Shown in pieces: positions 8,883-18,741 of a stretch of DNA of 45,241 nt (its first letter is position 1; every line of letters starts with the position of its first letter). The notes below the pieces were generated by a model, which searched no databases, was not told the origin of the DNA, and was given only the letters and a program-made list of their open reading frames with translations. This DNA is from Betaproteobacteria bacterium (GTDB lineage Bacteria > Pseudomonadota > Gammaproteobacteria > Burkholderiales > SG8-39), in the NCBI GenBank assembly GCA_007280315.1, contig QYQC01000080.1:1-45241 (forward strand), in the 5' to 3' direction. The translations under genes and the position numbers were made by a program.

Positions 8883-9128
8883 ATGAAAACTGTGAAGGTC
8901 ACCGGCGCGCAGCACAAGGTGTTGCAGATACTTTCGCGCAAAGATATTTCCGCAATACAAAGAAATCCAAAACTCGTCGCCGGCTCCAAGCACTTACTGC
9001 TTGCGTGCAAAAAGACCATCAAGAAGGTGGAGGAGATCCCACAATATATCTCACGCAAGAAGCGCGAGACTGTGTACCGACGCATCGTCGCGCTTTGTCG
9101 AAAGGCGATAGACCAAATCGAGAGCTAG
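8883..9128 (+). CDS. Small basic hypothetical protein (81 aa, Lys/Arg-rich)
   Basis: The ATG at 8883 is preceded by GAGGAAGGAA. A hand count gives third-position G/C in about two thirds of codons, although the local DNA looks AT-richer. No recognised family. Confidence 0.5.
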   Translation: MKTVKVTGAQHKVLQILSRKDISAIQRNPKLVAGSKHLLLACKKTIKKVEEIPQYISRKKRETVYRRIVALCRKAIDQIES

Positions 9129-9299
9129 TCGACTTTGCGCGAAACCGGGAGGTGGCTGGCGGGAAAGCGAAGTGCTGGGCGAAGACCTGTGGCACGAGAC
9201 GCCGTTGGCGGAATCTCCGGTGCTGGCGCGGGTGGTTCCGCTGCGGCGGCAATCCCTGCACAGCTAATTCTGCGCAAGTTCCGGATAGAAAATTCATAG

Positions 9300-9314
9300 A
9301 TGCTTTCAAAGCAT
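9300..9314. promoter_or_regulatory. 15-bp palindrome upstream of arsC (candidate operator)
   Basis: ATGCTTT-C-AAAGCAT lies about 120 bp upstream of the arsC ATG. Confidence 0.3.
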
Positions 9315-9434
9315 GATTGGTATTCAGCGACCATTGTGAAATCGGATGGGTTCGGGGAGTCAGAGGAAAGGCGGCGCTTTGGTAGGGCAACGCAAGGCGT
9401 ACAGAATGATCGAAAAATATCCGGAGACAAAGTC

Positions 9435-9944
9435 ATGGATGCAGTGGATAGGGCGTTGAATATCTTGTTCTTGTGCACACATAACTCGGCACGCAGCATT
9501 ATGGCCGAGGCGATACTCAATAACCTTGCAGTGAACCGAGGCAAATTCAAGGGCTACAGCGCCGGCAGCCATCCATCCGGCAAGCCGAACCCGTTCGCCT
9601 TGGAATGCATCCGGCGCTCGGGTCTGTCGATCGAAGGTTTGCGCAGCAAGGGTTGGGACGAGTTCGCCACACCCGACGCCCCAAAAATGGATTTCGTATT
9701 TACCGTCTGCGACAACGCGGCAAATGAAATTTGCCCAGTGTGGCCTGGGCAGCCGATGTCAGCACATTGGGGATTGACGGACCCCGCTGCGGTAGAAGGC
9801 ACCGACGTGGAGAAGCGTCAGGCGTTCTCCGCCACGTTCCGCCACTTATCCATGCGCATTAATATTCTTGCAAGCCTGCCGATGGGCAAACTCGATAAAT
9901 TGAGTTTGCAGAAGAAACTTGATGAAATCGGCAAGCCGCAGTGA
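9435..9944 (+). CDS. arsC: Arsenate reductase, LMW-PTP (thioredoxin-coupled) type
   Basis: P-loop LFLCTHNSARS (C-x5-R-S) plus a downstream Cys pair, VCDNAANEIC. The ATG at 9435 follows GGAGA. The track ORF start at 9300 was trimmed. Confidence 0.9.
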   Translation: MDAVDRALNILFLCTHNSARSIMAEAILNNLAVNRGKFKGYSAGSHPSGKPNPFALECIRRSGLSIEGLRSKGWDEFATPDAPKMDFVFTVCDNAANEICPVWPGQPMSAHWGLTDPAAVEGTDVEKRQAFSATFRHLSMRINILASLPMGKLDKLSLQKKLDEIGKPQ

Positions 9945-10597
9945 CATTGGGCCGGCGGATTGCTGCCGAGGCGCTGGGAACGGCGCTACTGTTGGCGACC
10001 GTGATCGGCTCCGGCATCATGGGCGAACGGCTCGCCGCGGGGAATGTCGCGATCGCGCTGCTTGCCAATTCGATCGCTACAGGCGCTTCGCTTTATGCGC
10101 TAATCGTGGCATTTGGTCCGGTGTCGGGCGCACATTTTAATCCCGTCGTCACTCTGGTCGTCGCGTTGAATAAGCAGATGCGCTGGCGCGAAGCGATCGC
10201 CTATACATGCGCTCAACTTGCAGGGGCGTTCGCGGGCGTCGTTGCAGCTCACGCGATGTTTGGCGAATTTCTGTTCGTCGCATCGCGGCATCAGCGTAGT
10301 GGCGCTGCCTTGTGGTGGGCAGAAGGTGTCGCAACGTTCGGCCTGCTGCTGGTCATTCTTGGCAGCGCGCGCCAAAACCTGCCTGCCATCGCGGCCGCGG
10401 TCGGCGCCTATATCACGGCCGCATACTGGTTTACTGCTTCAACGTCATTTGCGAATCCAGCGGTGACTCTGGCGCGCACCGCAAGCGACACATTCGCCGG
10501 AATCAGGCCAGCCGATGCGCCGGCTTTCGTGCTGGCCCAATTAGCGGGCGCGCTCGTGGCAGCCGGTGTAATGCGTTGGCTTGATTCAGAAAAATAG
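9941..10597 (+). CDS. MIP-family aquaglyceroporin (AqpS-like arsenite channel candidate)
   Basis: Two NPA-type boxes are present (HFNPVVT and FANPAVT), with six TM segments. The GTG start overlaps the arsC stop (GTGA). Confidence 0.85.
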   Translation: MTLGRRIAAEALGTALLLATVIGSGIMGERLAAGNVAIALLANSIATGASLYALIVAFGPVSGAHFNPVVTLVVALNKQMRWREAIAYTCAQLAGAFAGVVAAHAMFGEFLFVASRHQRSGAALWWAEGVATFGLLLVILGSARQNLPAIAAAVGAYITAAYWFTASTSFANPAVTLARTASDTFAGIRPADAPAFVLAQLAGALVAAGVMRWLDSEK

Positions 10598-10646
10598 CCT
10601 GGGACAGGTGCTGATATGGCGACACTTGGGGCGTCAGGGAAGCCCC

Positions 10647-11966
10647 TCAGGTGACCACGCCCGTGGATGGATGAGCGGCAGCAATACGCCGCGCCGGAAA
10701 ACTCGCCGTAAAGCGGCTGCCCTTGCCCGGTTCGCTCTCGATCTGCAAGCTGGCCTGATGGCGCAGGAGGGCGTGCTTGACGATGGCGAGCCCGAGGCCC
10801 GTTCCTCCTGTTTCCCGCGATCGGCCGCTGTCCACGCGGTAGAAGCGCTCGGTGAGTCGCGGGATGTGCTCAGTCGCGATCCCGACACCGCTGTCTTCGA
10901 CCGCAAACGACGCGCCGGTATCTGAAGATCGCCAGATCAGCCGGATTTCGCCGCCTTCGGGCGTGTAGCGGACGGCGTTGGTGACCAGGTTCCTTAGCGC
11001 GCTCGCGATCTCGCTTTCGGCGCCCAAGAGGTCCCAATCGCCATGTGCGTCCAGGCTGATGTGGTGGCGCCCGCCGGATAGTGCTTCCGCGTCCGCACAC
11101 AGGCTGGCGAGGACTGTCCTCATTGGAACCTGCCGGTCCCAAGGGGGCTGAGGCGCGACTTCCAGTGCCGAGAGCGTGAGGAGGTCGTCGATAATGTGCT
11201 GCATCCGGCTCGCCTGGTCGGCCATCATGCCCATGTAGTTGCGCGCCCGGTCCGGGTCCAGCTTCAGCTCCCGCACAGTCTCGAGAAAGCCCATCAGCAC
11301 GGTGAGCGGAGTGCGCAGCTCGTGCGACACGTTGGCAACGAAGTCGCGCCGCATGGTTTCCAGCCGCTCCGCCTGGGTTATGTCGCGCGCCAGCAGCAAC
11401 TTCTGCGCATCGTCGTAGGGAATGATCTGAACCGAAAGCGTCAGCGCCGCGCCTCTGCCGGTCTTCAGTTGCGCCGGACCGGTGTAATCGCGTGCTGCCA
11501 GGTATTTGACGAACTCCGGCTGCCTGACCAGGTTCGTGATCGGCTGGCCGACGTCGGTGTTGCCGTCGATGCCGAAACGCGCCTCGGCCTTGCTGTTGCA
11601 CCAGACGATCCGGTCGTCGCCATCCAGGATCACCACACCGTCCGGCAGGGCGCGCCCCGCCTGGCTATAGCGGACGACAAGGCGTGCCAGGCGTTGACGT
11701 TCCTGCGCAAGGCGCCGCTCGCGGCGATGTAGCAGGGCGAAAGCGTCATCCCAGACCCCGCTCGCTTCCGGCACATCGCCAGGATCCTTGCGCGCGAGCC
11801 AGTCGAGCAGACGACGCAGGTTCGTCGCGTGGTATCCGAGCAGGATCAGCAGCCCCCCGGCGAACAATGCCCATCCGGCGTCCGCACCGATTGCCATGCG
11901 CCCGATCAATGCCGGAATAGCCAGCCAGGCTGCGGCGGCGAGGATCCGAACCAGTACGCTGTTCAA
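10647..11966 (-). CDS. phoR: Phosphate regulon sensor histidine kinase PhoR
   Basis: Two N-terminal TM segments, a PAS-like segment, the H-box FVANVSHELRTPLT, and G-boxes DSGVGI and GGTGLGLAIV. It lies directly downstream of phoB. Confidence 0.95.
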   Translation of the reverse strand: MNSVLVRILAAAAWLAIPALIGRMAIGADAGWALFAGGLLILLGYHATNLRRLLDWLARKDPGDVPEASGVWDDAFALLHRRERRLAQERQRLARLVVRYSQAGRALPDGVVILDGDDRIVWCNSKAEARFGIDGNTDVGQPITNLVRQPEFVKYLAARDYTGPAQLKTGRGAALTLSVQIIPYDDAQKLLLARDITQAERLETMRRDFVANVSHELRTPLTVLMGFLETVRELKLDPDRARNYMGMMADQASRMQHIIDDLLTLSALEVAPQPPWDRQVPMRTVLASLCADAEALSGGRHHISLDAHGDWDLLGAESEIASALRNLVTNAVRYTPEGGEIRLIWRSSDTGASFAVEDSGVGIATEHIPRLTERFYRVDSGRSRETGGTGLGLAIVKHALLRHQASLQIESEPGKGSRFTASFPARRIAAAHPSTGVVT

Positions 11967-12051
11967 TGAATACGCCCCGGGAACACGACGTTTACATTAT
12001 CGCACGGTTGTTTTTGCGTGCGTTCGCCCGGCGCATACGGGAGCCGGGGAT

Positions 12052-12747
12052 TCAGTCGCCGGGACCGAACCCGTAACCGCTGCCGCGTACGGTTTGGATC
12101 AGCCGGTCGTGCCCTGACGGCGAAAGCGCCTGGCGCAGCCGCCGTATGTGTACGTCCACGGTGCGCTCCTCCACGAACACATGGTCGCCCCAGACCTCGT
12201 CCAGCAGTTGTGCGCGCGAATAGATCCGGTCCGGATGCGTCATGAAGAAATGCAGAAACCGGAATTCGGTCGGACCCAGGTCGATTTTGCGGCCGCCGCC
12301 CGAAATCCGGTGGGCGACCGGATCCAGGCGCAGTCCCGATATCTCCACAGTGTCATCGGTCAATTCCGGCGCCCGGCGACGCAGCACCGCCTTGATGCGC
12401 GCGACCAGTTCTCTCGGTGAAAAGGGCTTGGTGATGTAATCGTCCGCGCCCGCTTCGAGCCCCGCAACCTTGTCCCGCTCATCGGCGCGCGCCGTCAACA
12501 TGATGATCGGAATGGACTTTGTGCGCCGGTCCGCGCGCAGGTCGCGCGCGAACGCCAGGCCCGATTGGTCGGGAAGCATCCAGTCGAGCAGCACCACATC
12601 CGGCAGCGCCGCCCTAATCAGCTTCTCGGCCTCGGCAACCGACCGGGCGCGCCAGGGCTTCTGCCCCGCATGCTCTAGGTTGACCGCGATCAGCTCCAGG
12701 ATCGGCTCTTCATCCTCGACGATCAGGACCGAGCTTGCCATACCCAC
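12052..12747 (-). CDS. phoB: Phosphate regulon response regulator PhoB (OmpR family)
   Basis: Receiver domain (VLIVEDEE...DVVLLDWMLPD...) plus a winged-helix C-terminus (VDVHIRRLRQAL...IQTVRGSGYGF). Confidence 0.95.
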   Translation of the reverse strand: MGMASSVLIVEDEEPILELIAVNLEHAGQKPWRARSVAEAEKLIRAALPDVVLLDWMLPDQSGLAFARDLRADRRTKSIPIIMLTARADERDKVAGLEAGADDYITKPFSPRELVARIKAVLRRRAPELTDDTVEISGLRLDPVAHRISGGGRKIDLGPTEFRFLHFFMTHPDRIYSRAQLLDEVWGDHVFVEERTVDVHIRRLRQALSPSGHDRLIQTVRGSGYGFGPGD

Positions 12748-12782
12748 TCCTGCAACCCGACGCTCACGTGCCCGGACGCCAT

Positions 12783-13490
12783 TCAGCTTCTTGCCTCGCG
12801 CTCGAGATCCTCGAAGCGGGTGTGGCGCACGTCGGTACCCTTGACGATGTAGATCACGTTTTCGGCCACGTTCTTGGCATGGTCGCCGATGCGCTCGATC
12901 GCCTTGGCGATCCAGAGAACGTCCAGGGCGCTGGAAATCGTGCGCGGATCCTCCATCATGAATGTGATCAACTGGCGCACGATCGAGCGGAATTCGTCGT
13001 CGATGGTCATGTCCTCGCGCACTACCTGCGCCGCCTGCTCCGCATCCAGGCGCGCAAACGCGTCCAGGGCCTGGCGCAGCATCTGCACCGCGATGTTCCC
13101 CACGTGCCGGATTTGCCCGAAGCGCTGCACCTTGAGCCGGTCGCGTTCGTGTATCTGCTTGGACCTGCGCGCGATTTTCTCCGCCTCGTCACCGATGCGC
13201 TCGAGATCCGTCACCGTCTTGCTGACGGCCATGATCAGGCGCAGATCAGTTGCCGCCGGCTGCCGCCGGACGATGATATGGCTGCAGTCGGTATCGATAC
13301 TCACCTCGTAGCCGTTTACGCGCAACTCGGTCTCGATCACGCGCTCGAACAGCTCCATGTTCCCGGTGGAAAAGCCGTCGATGGCCGCAAGAATTTGCGC
13401 TTCGACGAGACCGCCCATCTGCAGGACGTGCGCACGCAGCGTATCGAGGTCGCTGTCGTACTGTTTCGAAAGGTGTTCGCTGGTCTGCAT
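12783..13490 (-). CDS. phoU: Phosphate signalling modulator PhoU
   Basis: 235 aa with duplicated PhoU repeats, each ending in ERIGDxA (LERIGDEAEKIA and IERIGDHAKNVAE). Confidence 0.95.
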   Translation of the reverse strand: MQTSEHLSKQYDSDLDTLRAHVLQMGGLVEAQILAAIDGFSTGNMELFERVIETELRVNGYEVSIDTDCSHIIVRRQPAATDLRLIMAVSKTVTDLERIGDEAEKIARRSKQIHERDRLKVQRFGQIRHVGNIAVQMLRQALDAFARLDAEQAAQVVREDMTIDDEFRSIVRQLITFMMEDPRTISSALDVLWIAKAIERIGDHAKNVAENVIYIVKGTDVRHTRFEDLEREARS

Positions 13491-13510
13491 ATTCGCACTC
13501 CTTGGGCGGT

Positions 13511-14335
13511 CTAACCGAAACGCCCGGTGATGTAGTCTTCGGTTTGCTTGTTCTGCGGCTTGATAAAGAGATTGTCAGTATCGCCGAATTCAATCAGCTC
13601 GCCGAGATACATGTAAGCCGTGTAATCGGACACCCGCGCCGCCTGCTGCATGTTGTGGGTGACGATGACAATGGTGAATTCCTGCTTCAGATCGTGGATC
13701 AATTCTTCTATTTTTGCGGTTGAGATCGGATCCAGTGCTGACGTGGGTTCGTCAAGAAGCAGAATCTCGGGACGCACGGCGATGCCGCGCGCGATGCACA
13801 GGCGCTGCTGCTGGCCGCCGGAGAGGCTCATGCCGCTTTGCGTCAGCTTATCCTTGGCCTCGTCCCACAACGCCGCCTTGTGCAACGCCCATTCGACGCG
13901 ATCGTCCATCTGCGCGCGCGTCAGTCGTTCGTGCAGGCGCACGCCGAACGCGATGTTCTCGTAGATTGACATCGGAAACGGCGTCGGCTTCTGGAACACC
14001 ATGCCGACGCGCGCGCGCAGGTCAATGATATCGGCGTGCGGATCGAGGACGTTCATGCCGTCCAAGAGCACCTCACCCTCGGCGCGTTGATTGGGGTAGA
14101 GGTCGTACATTCGATTGATTGCTCGCAACAGCGTGGACTTGCCGCAACCAGACGGTCCGATGAACGCGGTGACACAGGATTTGTAGACGTCGAGATTGAT
14201 GTTCTTTAAGGCTTGAAACCCGCCATAGTAAAAATTGAAGCGTTTCATCGTAAGGTGCGTTATTGGTTGTCTTGCCGGCGGGGCGTCAGGGCCAGTCTGC
14301 TGCTCCTGGCGCAAAGCGTTGGTGAATGGAATCAT
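13511..14335 (-). CDS. pstB: Phosphate ABC transporter ATP-binding protein PstB
   Basis: Walker [10 protein letters not shown], signature LSGGQQQRL and Walker [13 protein letters not shown]. The ATG at 14335-14333 overlaps the pstA stop (ATGA). The track ORF extension to 14641 was rejected. Confidence 0.95.
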   Translation of the reverse strand: MIPFTNALRQEQQTGPDAPPARQPITHLTMKRFNFYYGGFQALKNINLDVYKSCVTAFIGPSGCGKSTLLRAINRMYDLYPNQRAEGEVLLDGMNVLDPHADIIDLRARVGMVFQKPTPFPMSIYENIAFGVRLHERLTRAQMDDRVEWALHKAALWDEAKDKLTQSGMSLSGGQQQRLCIARGIAVRPEILLLDEPTSALDPISTAKIEELIHDLKQEFTIVIVTHNMQQAARVSDYTAYMYLGELIEFGDTDNLFIKPQNKQTEDYITGRFG

Positions 14336-15171
14336 CACTTGACCTCGTTCTTGACCAACAGGCGCGCCAGAATGTCGAGCGCGAGCACACCGAGCGTGAT
14401 TAGCAATACGCCCGCCCACGCAAGCTCCTGCCAATCCTTGTAGGGGCTCATCGCGAACTTGAAGATCGTGACCGGGAGTGTAGCCATGGGCCCGGAGAGA
14501 TCGAGGCTCCAGAACTGATTGGACAACGCCGTGAACAGCAGCGGCGCCGTCTCTCCGGAAATCCGGGCAATCGCGAGCAGCACGCCGGTGAGGATCCCGG
14601 CACCGCTGGCGCGCAAAGTCACCCTGGTGATCACCTTCCACCTCGGTGCACCGAGGGCGAATGCTGCTTCTCGAAGAGTGCTCGGCACCAGCAGAAGCAT
14701 ATTCTCGGTAGTGCGTATGACTACCGGGATGACGAGAATTGCCAGCGCAAATACGCCGGCCAGTCCCGAAAAAGAGCCCTTGGGCGCTACGTACACTGCG
14801 TATACGAAGAGGCCGATGATGATCGATGGCGCCGAAAGAAGGATATCGTTGATGAAGCGCGTGACGTTCCCGAGCCAGGTGTTGTGGCCGTATTCGCCTA
14901 GATAGACCCCGGCCATAATGCCCACTGGCGTGCCGATCAGCGTCGCCAGCCCGACGGTAATCAGACTGCCGACGATGGCATTGGCAAGGCCGCCGGCACT
15001 CTGCGGCGCCGGCGTCATCATCGTAAAAAGACCCAGCGATAGCCCGGAAACGCCCAACTGCAACACTGTGAGCAGGATCCAGCAGAGCCAGAACAGTCCG
15101 AATACCATTGCGACGAGGGAAAGTCCCAAGGCGGCCCCGTTGACGATCTTGCGTTGTCTGCGCAGGTCCAT
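14335..15171 (-). CDS. pstA: Phosphate ABC transporter permease PstA
   Basis: 278-aa six-TM permease with the EAA-type loop [14 protein letters not shown]. Its position is between pstC and pstB. Confidence 0.95.
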   Translation of the reverse strand: MDLRRQRKIVNGAALGLSLVAMVFGLFWLCWILLTVLQLGVSGLSLGLFTMMTPAPQSAGGLANAIVGSLITVGLATLIGTPVGIMAGVYLGEYGHNTWLGNVTRFINDILLSAPSIIIGLFVYAVYVAPKGSFSGLAGVFALAILVIPVVIRTTENMLLLVPSTLREAAFALGAPRWKVITRVTLRASGAGILTGVLLAIARISGETAPLLFTALSNQFWSLDLSGPMATLPVTIFKFAMSPYKDWQELAWAGVLLITLGVLALDILARLLVKNEVK

Positions 15172-15179
15172 GGCGTCCT

Positions 15180-16193
15180 TTAGGTACCCTGGCCTTCGGA
15201 CCGCTTGAGCCGCAGAAGCAGCAGTTTGGACGCGGACAGCACCAGCAGGCTGACGAAGAAAAGAATCAAACCAAGCTCAATCAGCGACGATGTGTACAGC
15301 TGGCTCTCAGCTTCGGCGAATTCGTTTGCCAGTGCAGAAGTGATGCTGTTGCTGGGGGCGTAAAGCGACACGGTATCGACAAAATTGTTGTTGCCTATGA
15401 CGAAGGTCACCGCCATCGTCTCTCCCAGGGCGCGACCGAGGCCGAGGACGATTCCCCCGATGGCCCCTATCTTGGTGTAAGGCAGCACCACATGCCAGAC
15501 CACTTCCCAGGTGGTGGCGCCGAGCGCATAAGCCGACTCCTTGAGCAGCGGCGGCGTGATCTCAAACACGTCGCGCATCACCGAAGCGATGAACGGAATG
15601 ATCATGATCGCAAGTATGATACCGGCGGAAAGCAGCCCTATGCCGAGGGGTGGCCCGTGAAACAGCCGTCCTAGGACCGGAATGCCGCCAAGAGTCGACG
15701 TGAGGAACGGCTGCACGTATCCCGAGAGAATCGGCGCGAAGACGAGCAGTCCCCACATACCGTATACGATGCTCGGAATGCCTGCGAGCAGTTCGATCGC
15801 TGTGCCGAGCGACCGGCGCAACCAGACGGGCGACAACTCGGTGAGGAATATCGCAATGCCGAAGCTCACGGGCACCGCGATCACCAGGGCGACAGCGGAG
15901 GTCACCAGCGTTCCGTAGATTGGCACCAGGGCCCCGAATTTCTGCGCGGGGGGATTCCAGTCGTTGCTCCACAGAAACCCGATACCGAACCTCTGGATCG
16001 CAGGCCAGGCGCCCCAGACCAGGGACGCGATGATAGCCGCCATGACCAAAAGTACCGCGAACGCAAGCGTACGCGCGATGTTCCCGAACACCCAATCGCC
16101 AAGACGAGACGATCGCTTTCGCGGTGATAAATCTATCGACAATGACCGGCCTTCTTCCGCTCGAATTGTGGCTACGTCGTTTGCGCCGTTCAT
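15180..16193 (-). CDS. pstC: Phosphate ABC transporter permease PstC
   Basis: 337-aa permease with the loop [15 protein letters not shown], immediately downstream of pstS. Confidence 0.95.
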   Translation of the reverse strand: MNGANDVATIRAEEGRSLSIDLSPRKRSSRLGDWVFGNIARTLAFAVLLVMAAIIASLVWGAWPAIQRFGIGFLWSNDWNPPAQKFGALVPIYGTLVTSAVALVIAVPVSFGIAIFLTELSPVWLRRSLGTAIELLAGIPSIVYGMWGLLVFAPILSGYVQPFLTSTLGGIPVLGRLFHGPPLGIGLLSAGIILAIMIIPFIASVMRDVFEITPPLLKESAYALGATTWEVVWHVVLPYTKIGAIGGIVLGLGRALGETMAVTFVIGNNNFVDTVSLYAPSNSITSALANEFAEAESQLYTSSLIELGLILFFVSLLVLSASKLLLLRLKRSEGQGT

Positions 16194-16249
16194 CGATGCC
16201 TCGTACCGAGCACGCCGGCTGCGACAGCCGGCGCGGGTCGGTCCGGGGG

Positions 16250-17308
16250 CTACTTACCCGTCCACAGGACCTTGCCGGCGGAATCCTTGGCATTGCTCGC
16301 CCAGGAAGCTTTGATAAGCTTTACAAGGCTGTCCGGAAGAGGTACGTATTCGAGTTCCGAGGCCATTTTATCCCCATTGGCGTAAGCCCAGTCAAAGAAT
16401 TTCATCACCTCTGTGCCCTGCTGCGGCTTGGCCTGAAGCTTGTGCATGAGGATGAACGTCGCGCCGGTGATCGGCCAACTTTCCTTGCCGGGCTCGTTGG
16501 TCAGGATTTCCGCAAACGCCGACTTGGTCCAATCTGCGCCGGCCGCGGCGGACTTGAACGCCTTTTCGTCGGGAGCTACGAACTGGCCATCGGCATTTTG
16601 CAGCAGTACGTACGCGAGCTTGTTCTGCTTGGCGTAGGCATACTCAACGTAACCAATTGCGGCCGGGATCCGCTGCACGAACGCGGCTACACCCTCGTTG
16701 CCCTTGCCACCGAGGCCCACGGGCCATTGCACCGCCGTACCCTCGCCGACTCTCTGCTTCCACTCGGCGCTGACTTTCGATAAATAATTGGTGAATATGA
16801 ATGTCGTGCCGGAGCCGTCGGCACGGCGCACCACGGCGATATCCTGATTGGGCAGCGCAAGCTTGGGATTCAGTTCCGCAATCGCCTTGTCGTTCCATTT
16901 CGCCACCTTGCCGAGATAGATATCGGCAAGCAGCGCGCCCGTCAGATGCAGGTCACCTGGTTTAATACCAGGTACGTTGACCACCGGCACGACACCACCG
17001 ATCACGGTCGGGAACTGAAACAGTCCGTCCTTCTCCAGATCGGCCGGTTTGAGTGGCATGTCGGAGGCGCCGAAATCGACCGTCCTTGCGGTGATCTGTT
17101 TGATCCCGCCGCCAGAGCCGATCGACTGGTAGTTCATCTTCACGCCCGTGGCTTTCTGGTAAGCCTCTGCCCATTTTGCGTAGACCGGCGCGGGAAACGT
17201 CGCGCCTGCCCCTGTAAGTTCGCCGGCCGCCAGTGCCTGGCCGCCGAAAACAAGCGCAGCCAACGCGAGTACGCCGGCCGATCGTCCTGCTGATTTGAAC
17301 ATGTTCAT
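16250..17308 (-). CDS. pstS: Periplasmic phosphate-binding protein PstS
   Basis: Signal peptide, then [18 protein letters not shown]...[13 protein letters not shown], the classic PstS phosphate-binding motifs. Confidence 0.95.
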   Translation of the reverse strand: MNMFKSAGRSAGVLALAALVFGGQALAAGELTGAGATFPAPVYAKWAEAYQKATGVKMNYQSIGSGGGIKQITARTVDFGASDMPLKPADLEKDGLFQFPTVIGGVVPVVNVPGIKPGDLHLTGALLADIYLGKVAKWNDKAIAELNPKLALPNQDIAVVRRADGSGTTFIFTNYLSKVSAEWKQRVGEGTAVQWPVGLGGKGNEGVAAFVQRIPAAIGYVEYAYAKQNKLAYVLLQNADGQFVAPDEKAFKSAAAGADWTKSAFAEILTNEPGKESWPITGATFILMHKLQAKPQQGTEVMKFFDWAYANGDKMASELEYVPLPDSLVKLIKASWASNAKDSAGKVLWTGK

Positions 17309-17313
17309 CGATT

Positions 17314-17346
17314 CACCTCCACGATTGAAAAAAGTTATTGGAGGTG
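17314..17346 (-). promoter_or_regulatory. Potential SD-sequestering hairpin in the pstS leader
   Basis: The minus-strand RNA reads CACCUCC-19 nt-GGAGGUG-aaucg-AUG. The 7-nt 3' arm is the only Shine-Dalgarno sequence for pstS. Confidence 0.35.
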
Positions 17347-17351
17347 AGTCT

Positions 17352-17380
17352 ACGACCGCTTTGTGACAGCAGTATTACAG
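17352..17380 (-). promoter_or_regulatory. Pho box (PhoB binding site) of the pstS promoter
   Basis: The minus strand reads CTGTAATACTG CTGTCACAAAG CGGTCGT. These are 7-bp CTGTMAY direct repeats with 11-bp periodicity, about 45-70 nt upstream of the pstS ATG. Confidence 0.75.
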
Positions 17381-17483
17381 CCGCGCAAGCTTGGAACGCT
17401 TGCCGGTCGCGCACAATGATGAGCGTGCCGCGCGCGGCCAGGTTCGTCCCACAGTCGACGTGGATTTCCCCCTGCGCCGGGAA

Positions 17484-17804
17484 TCAGGCCCCGCCCAGTA
17501 TCCCGAACTCGGCCTCGGTCCTGGCGTAGAACAGATTGAGCCCGTCGCGCTTCAATTGCGCCAGGAATTTATCCGCGAGTTCGGTGGAGGTGATGAAAAT
17601 GACCTCGACCGGAAGCTCGCCCGCGAGTTCGAAAAACGTCTGCTCGTGCAGCACGCCGTGGCGGCCGTAGCCGGCCACGGCACGAAACGCCGAGCCGCCG
17701 GGGATGCCGAGCGTCTTTGCCTGCTCCAGCAGCCACTCGTACATCAACTCACCCTGGTGCTTTTCGCCCTCGGGAACGAAGAATTGCAAAGATACGCCGC
17801 GCAT
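17484..17804 (-). CDS. DUF190 (PII-like fold) protein, CrcB-associated
   Basis: 106 aa reading MRGVSLQFFVPEGEKHQGELMYEWLLEQAKTLGIPGGSAFRAVAGYGRHG, typical of DUF190. The ATG at 17804 is preceded by AGGAGGGAAGG. The track ORF start at 18149 was trimmed. Confidence 0.8.
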   Translation of the reverse strand: MRGVSLQFFVPEGEKHQGELMYEWLLEQAKTLGIPGGSAFRAVAGYGRHGVLHEQTFFELAGELPVEVIFITSTELADKFLAQLKRDGLNLFYARTEAEFGILGGA

Positions 17805-17815
17805 CGCCTTCCCTC

Positions 17816-18199
17816 CTATCCGTGCAGCCATTTGAATGTTGCAAATCCGAGCAGGGTCATGACGATGGACCCCGCCAGGTGCGACAGGATCAGCCCGGCC
17901 GCCCACGCATACTGGGCGCGCACCAACAGCGTCACCGCCTCGGCGGAAAACGTGGAAAAGGTCGTCAGCGCGCCGAGGAAACCGGTAACTACGAACAGCC
18001 GCCATTCGACCGGAACCGCCGCGTTGTCGGCAAAATACGCGATGGCCAGGCCGATCAGATAGCCGCCGATCAGGTTGGCTGTCAGGGTCCCGATGGGCAA
18101 CGTTGGAAACGCAGGGTTGAGCACGCTGCCCAGTCCCCAGCGCAGCCACGCGCCCAGCGCGGCGCCAATACCCACTGCGGCGAAAGCCGCGGCGGTCAT
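17816..18199 (-). CDS. crcB: Fluoride channel CrcB/FluC
   Basis: 127 aa with four TM segments. Motifs are GTLTANLIGGYLIG and GFLGALTTFSTFS. The track ORF start at 18328 was trimmed. Confidence 0.9.
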   Translation of the reverse strand: MTAAAFAAVGIGAALGAWLRWGLGSVLNPAFPTLPIGTLTANLIGGYLIGLAIAYFADNAAVPVEWRLFVVTGFLGALTTFSTFSAEAVTLLVRAQYAWAAGLILSHLAGSIVMTLLGFATFKWLHG

Positions 18200-18284
18200 A
18201 GCAAAATGCTCCCTGCGCTGCGCACGCGCGACCGGCGGTACACGACTAGGCTGGCAGAATTCACGGCGTCGGTCACAGCGGCAA

Positions 18285-18740
18285 TCAACCCTGGCTCCAG
18301 CGCTCCGCTGCCTGGTCGTCCGAGGCACGCGCCTCGACCCAGCGCGCGCCCAGCGCCGTCTGCTCCTTCTTCCAGAACGGCGCCTGCGTCTTCAGGTAAT
18401 CCATGATGAACTCGCACGCAGCGAAGGCGGTGCCGCGGTGCGCGCCTTTCACCACGACCAGTACGATCTGATCCAGCGGTTTCAATTCGCCGACGCGATG
18501 GATCACCAGCGCGTCGAAGATGTCCCAGCGACTTTTCGCCTCGGCGACTATGCCAGCGAGCGCTTTTTCGGTCATGCCCGGATAGTGCTCCAGCATCATG
18601 CCGGCAACCGTTTCACCGTCGTTTACGTCGCGCACCAGTCCGATGAAACTGGCGATAGCGCCGATGCCTGGGTCGGCGCTGCGGAACGCGGCAATTTCGG
18701 CGCCGATATCGAAGTCCGCCTGCTGCACCCGGACCGGCAC
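18285..18740 (-). CDS. moaE: Molybdopterin synthase catalytic subunit MoaE
   Basis: 151 aa containing GAIASFIGLVRD...LEHYPGMTEKAL...APFWKKE, the MoaE signature blocks. Confidence 0.9.
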   Translation of the reverse strand: MPVRVQQADFDIGAEIAAFRSADPGIGAIASFIGLVRDVNDGETVAGMMLEHYPGMTEKALAGIVAEAKSRWDIFDALVIHRVGELKPLDQIVLVVVKGAHRGTAFAACEFIMDYLKTQAPFWKKEQTALGARWVEARASDDQAAERWSQG

Positions 18741-18741
18741 T

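Noticed and set aside
14336-14641. N-terminal extension of the pstB ORF
   Set aside because: It overlaps the 3' end of pstA in another frame. ATG 14335 gives a normal-length PstB with an ATGA coupling junction.
18200-18284. Fluoride riboswitch upstream of crcB
   Set aside because: I could not find the conserved crcB-motif elements by eye, such as the GGnGAUG and CUGAUGAU-type segments. This needs a covariance-model scan to be certain.
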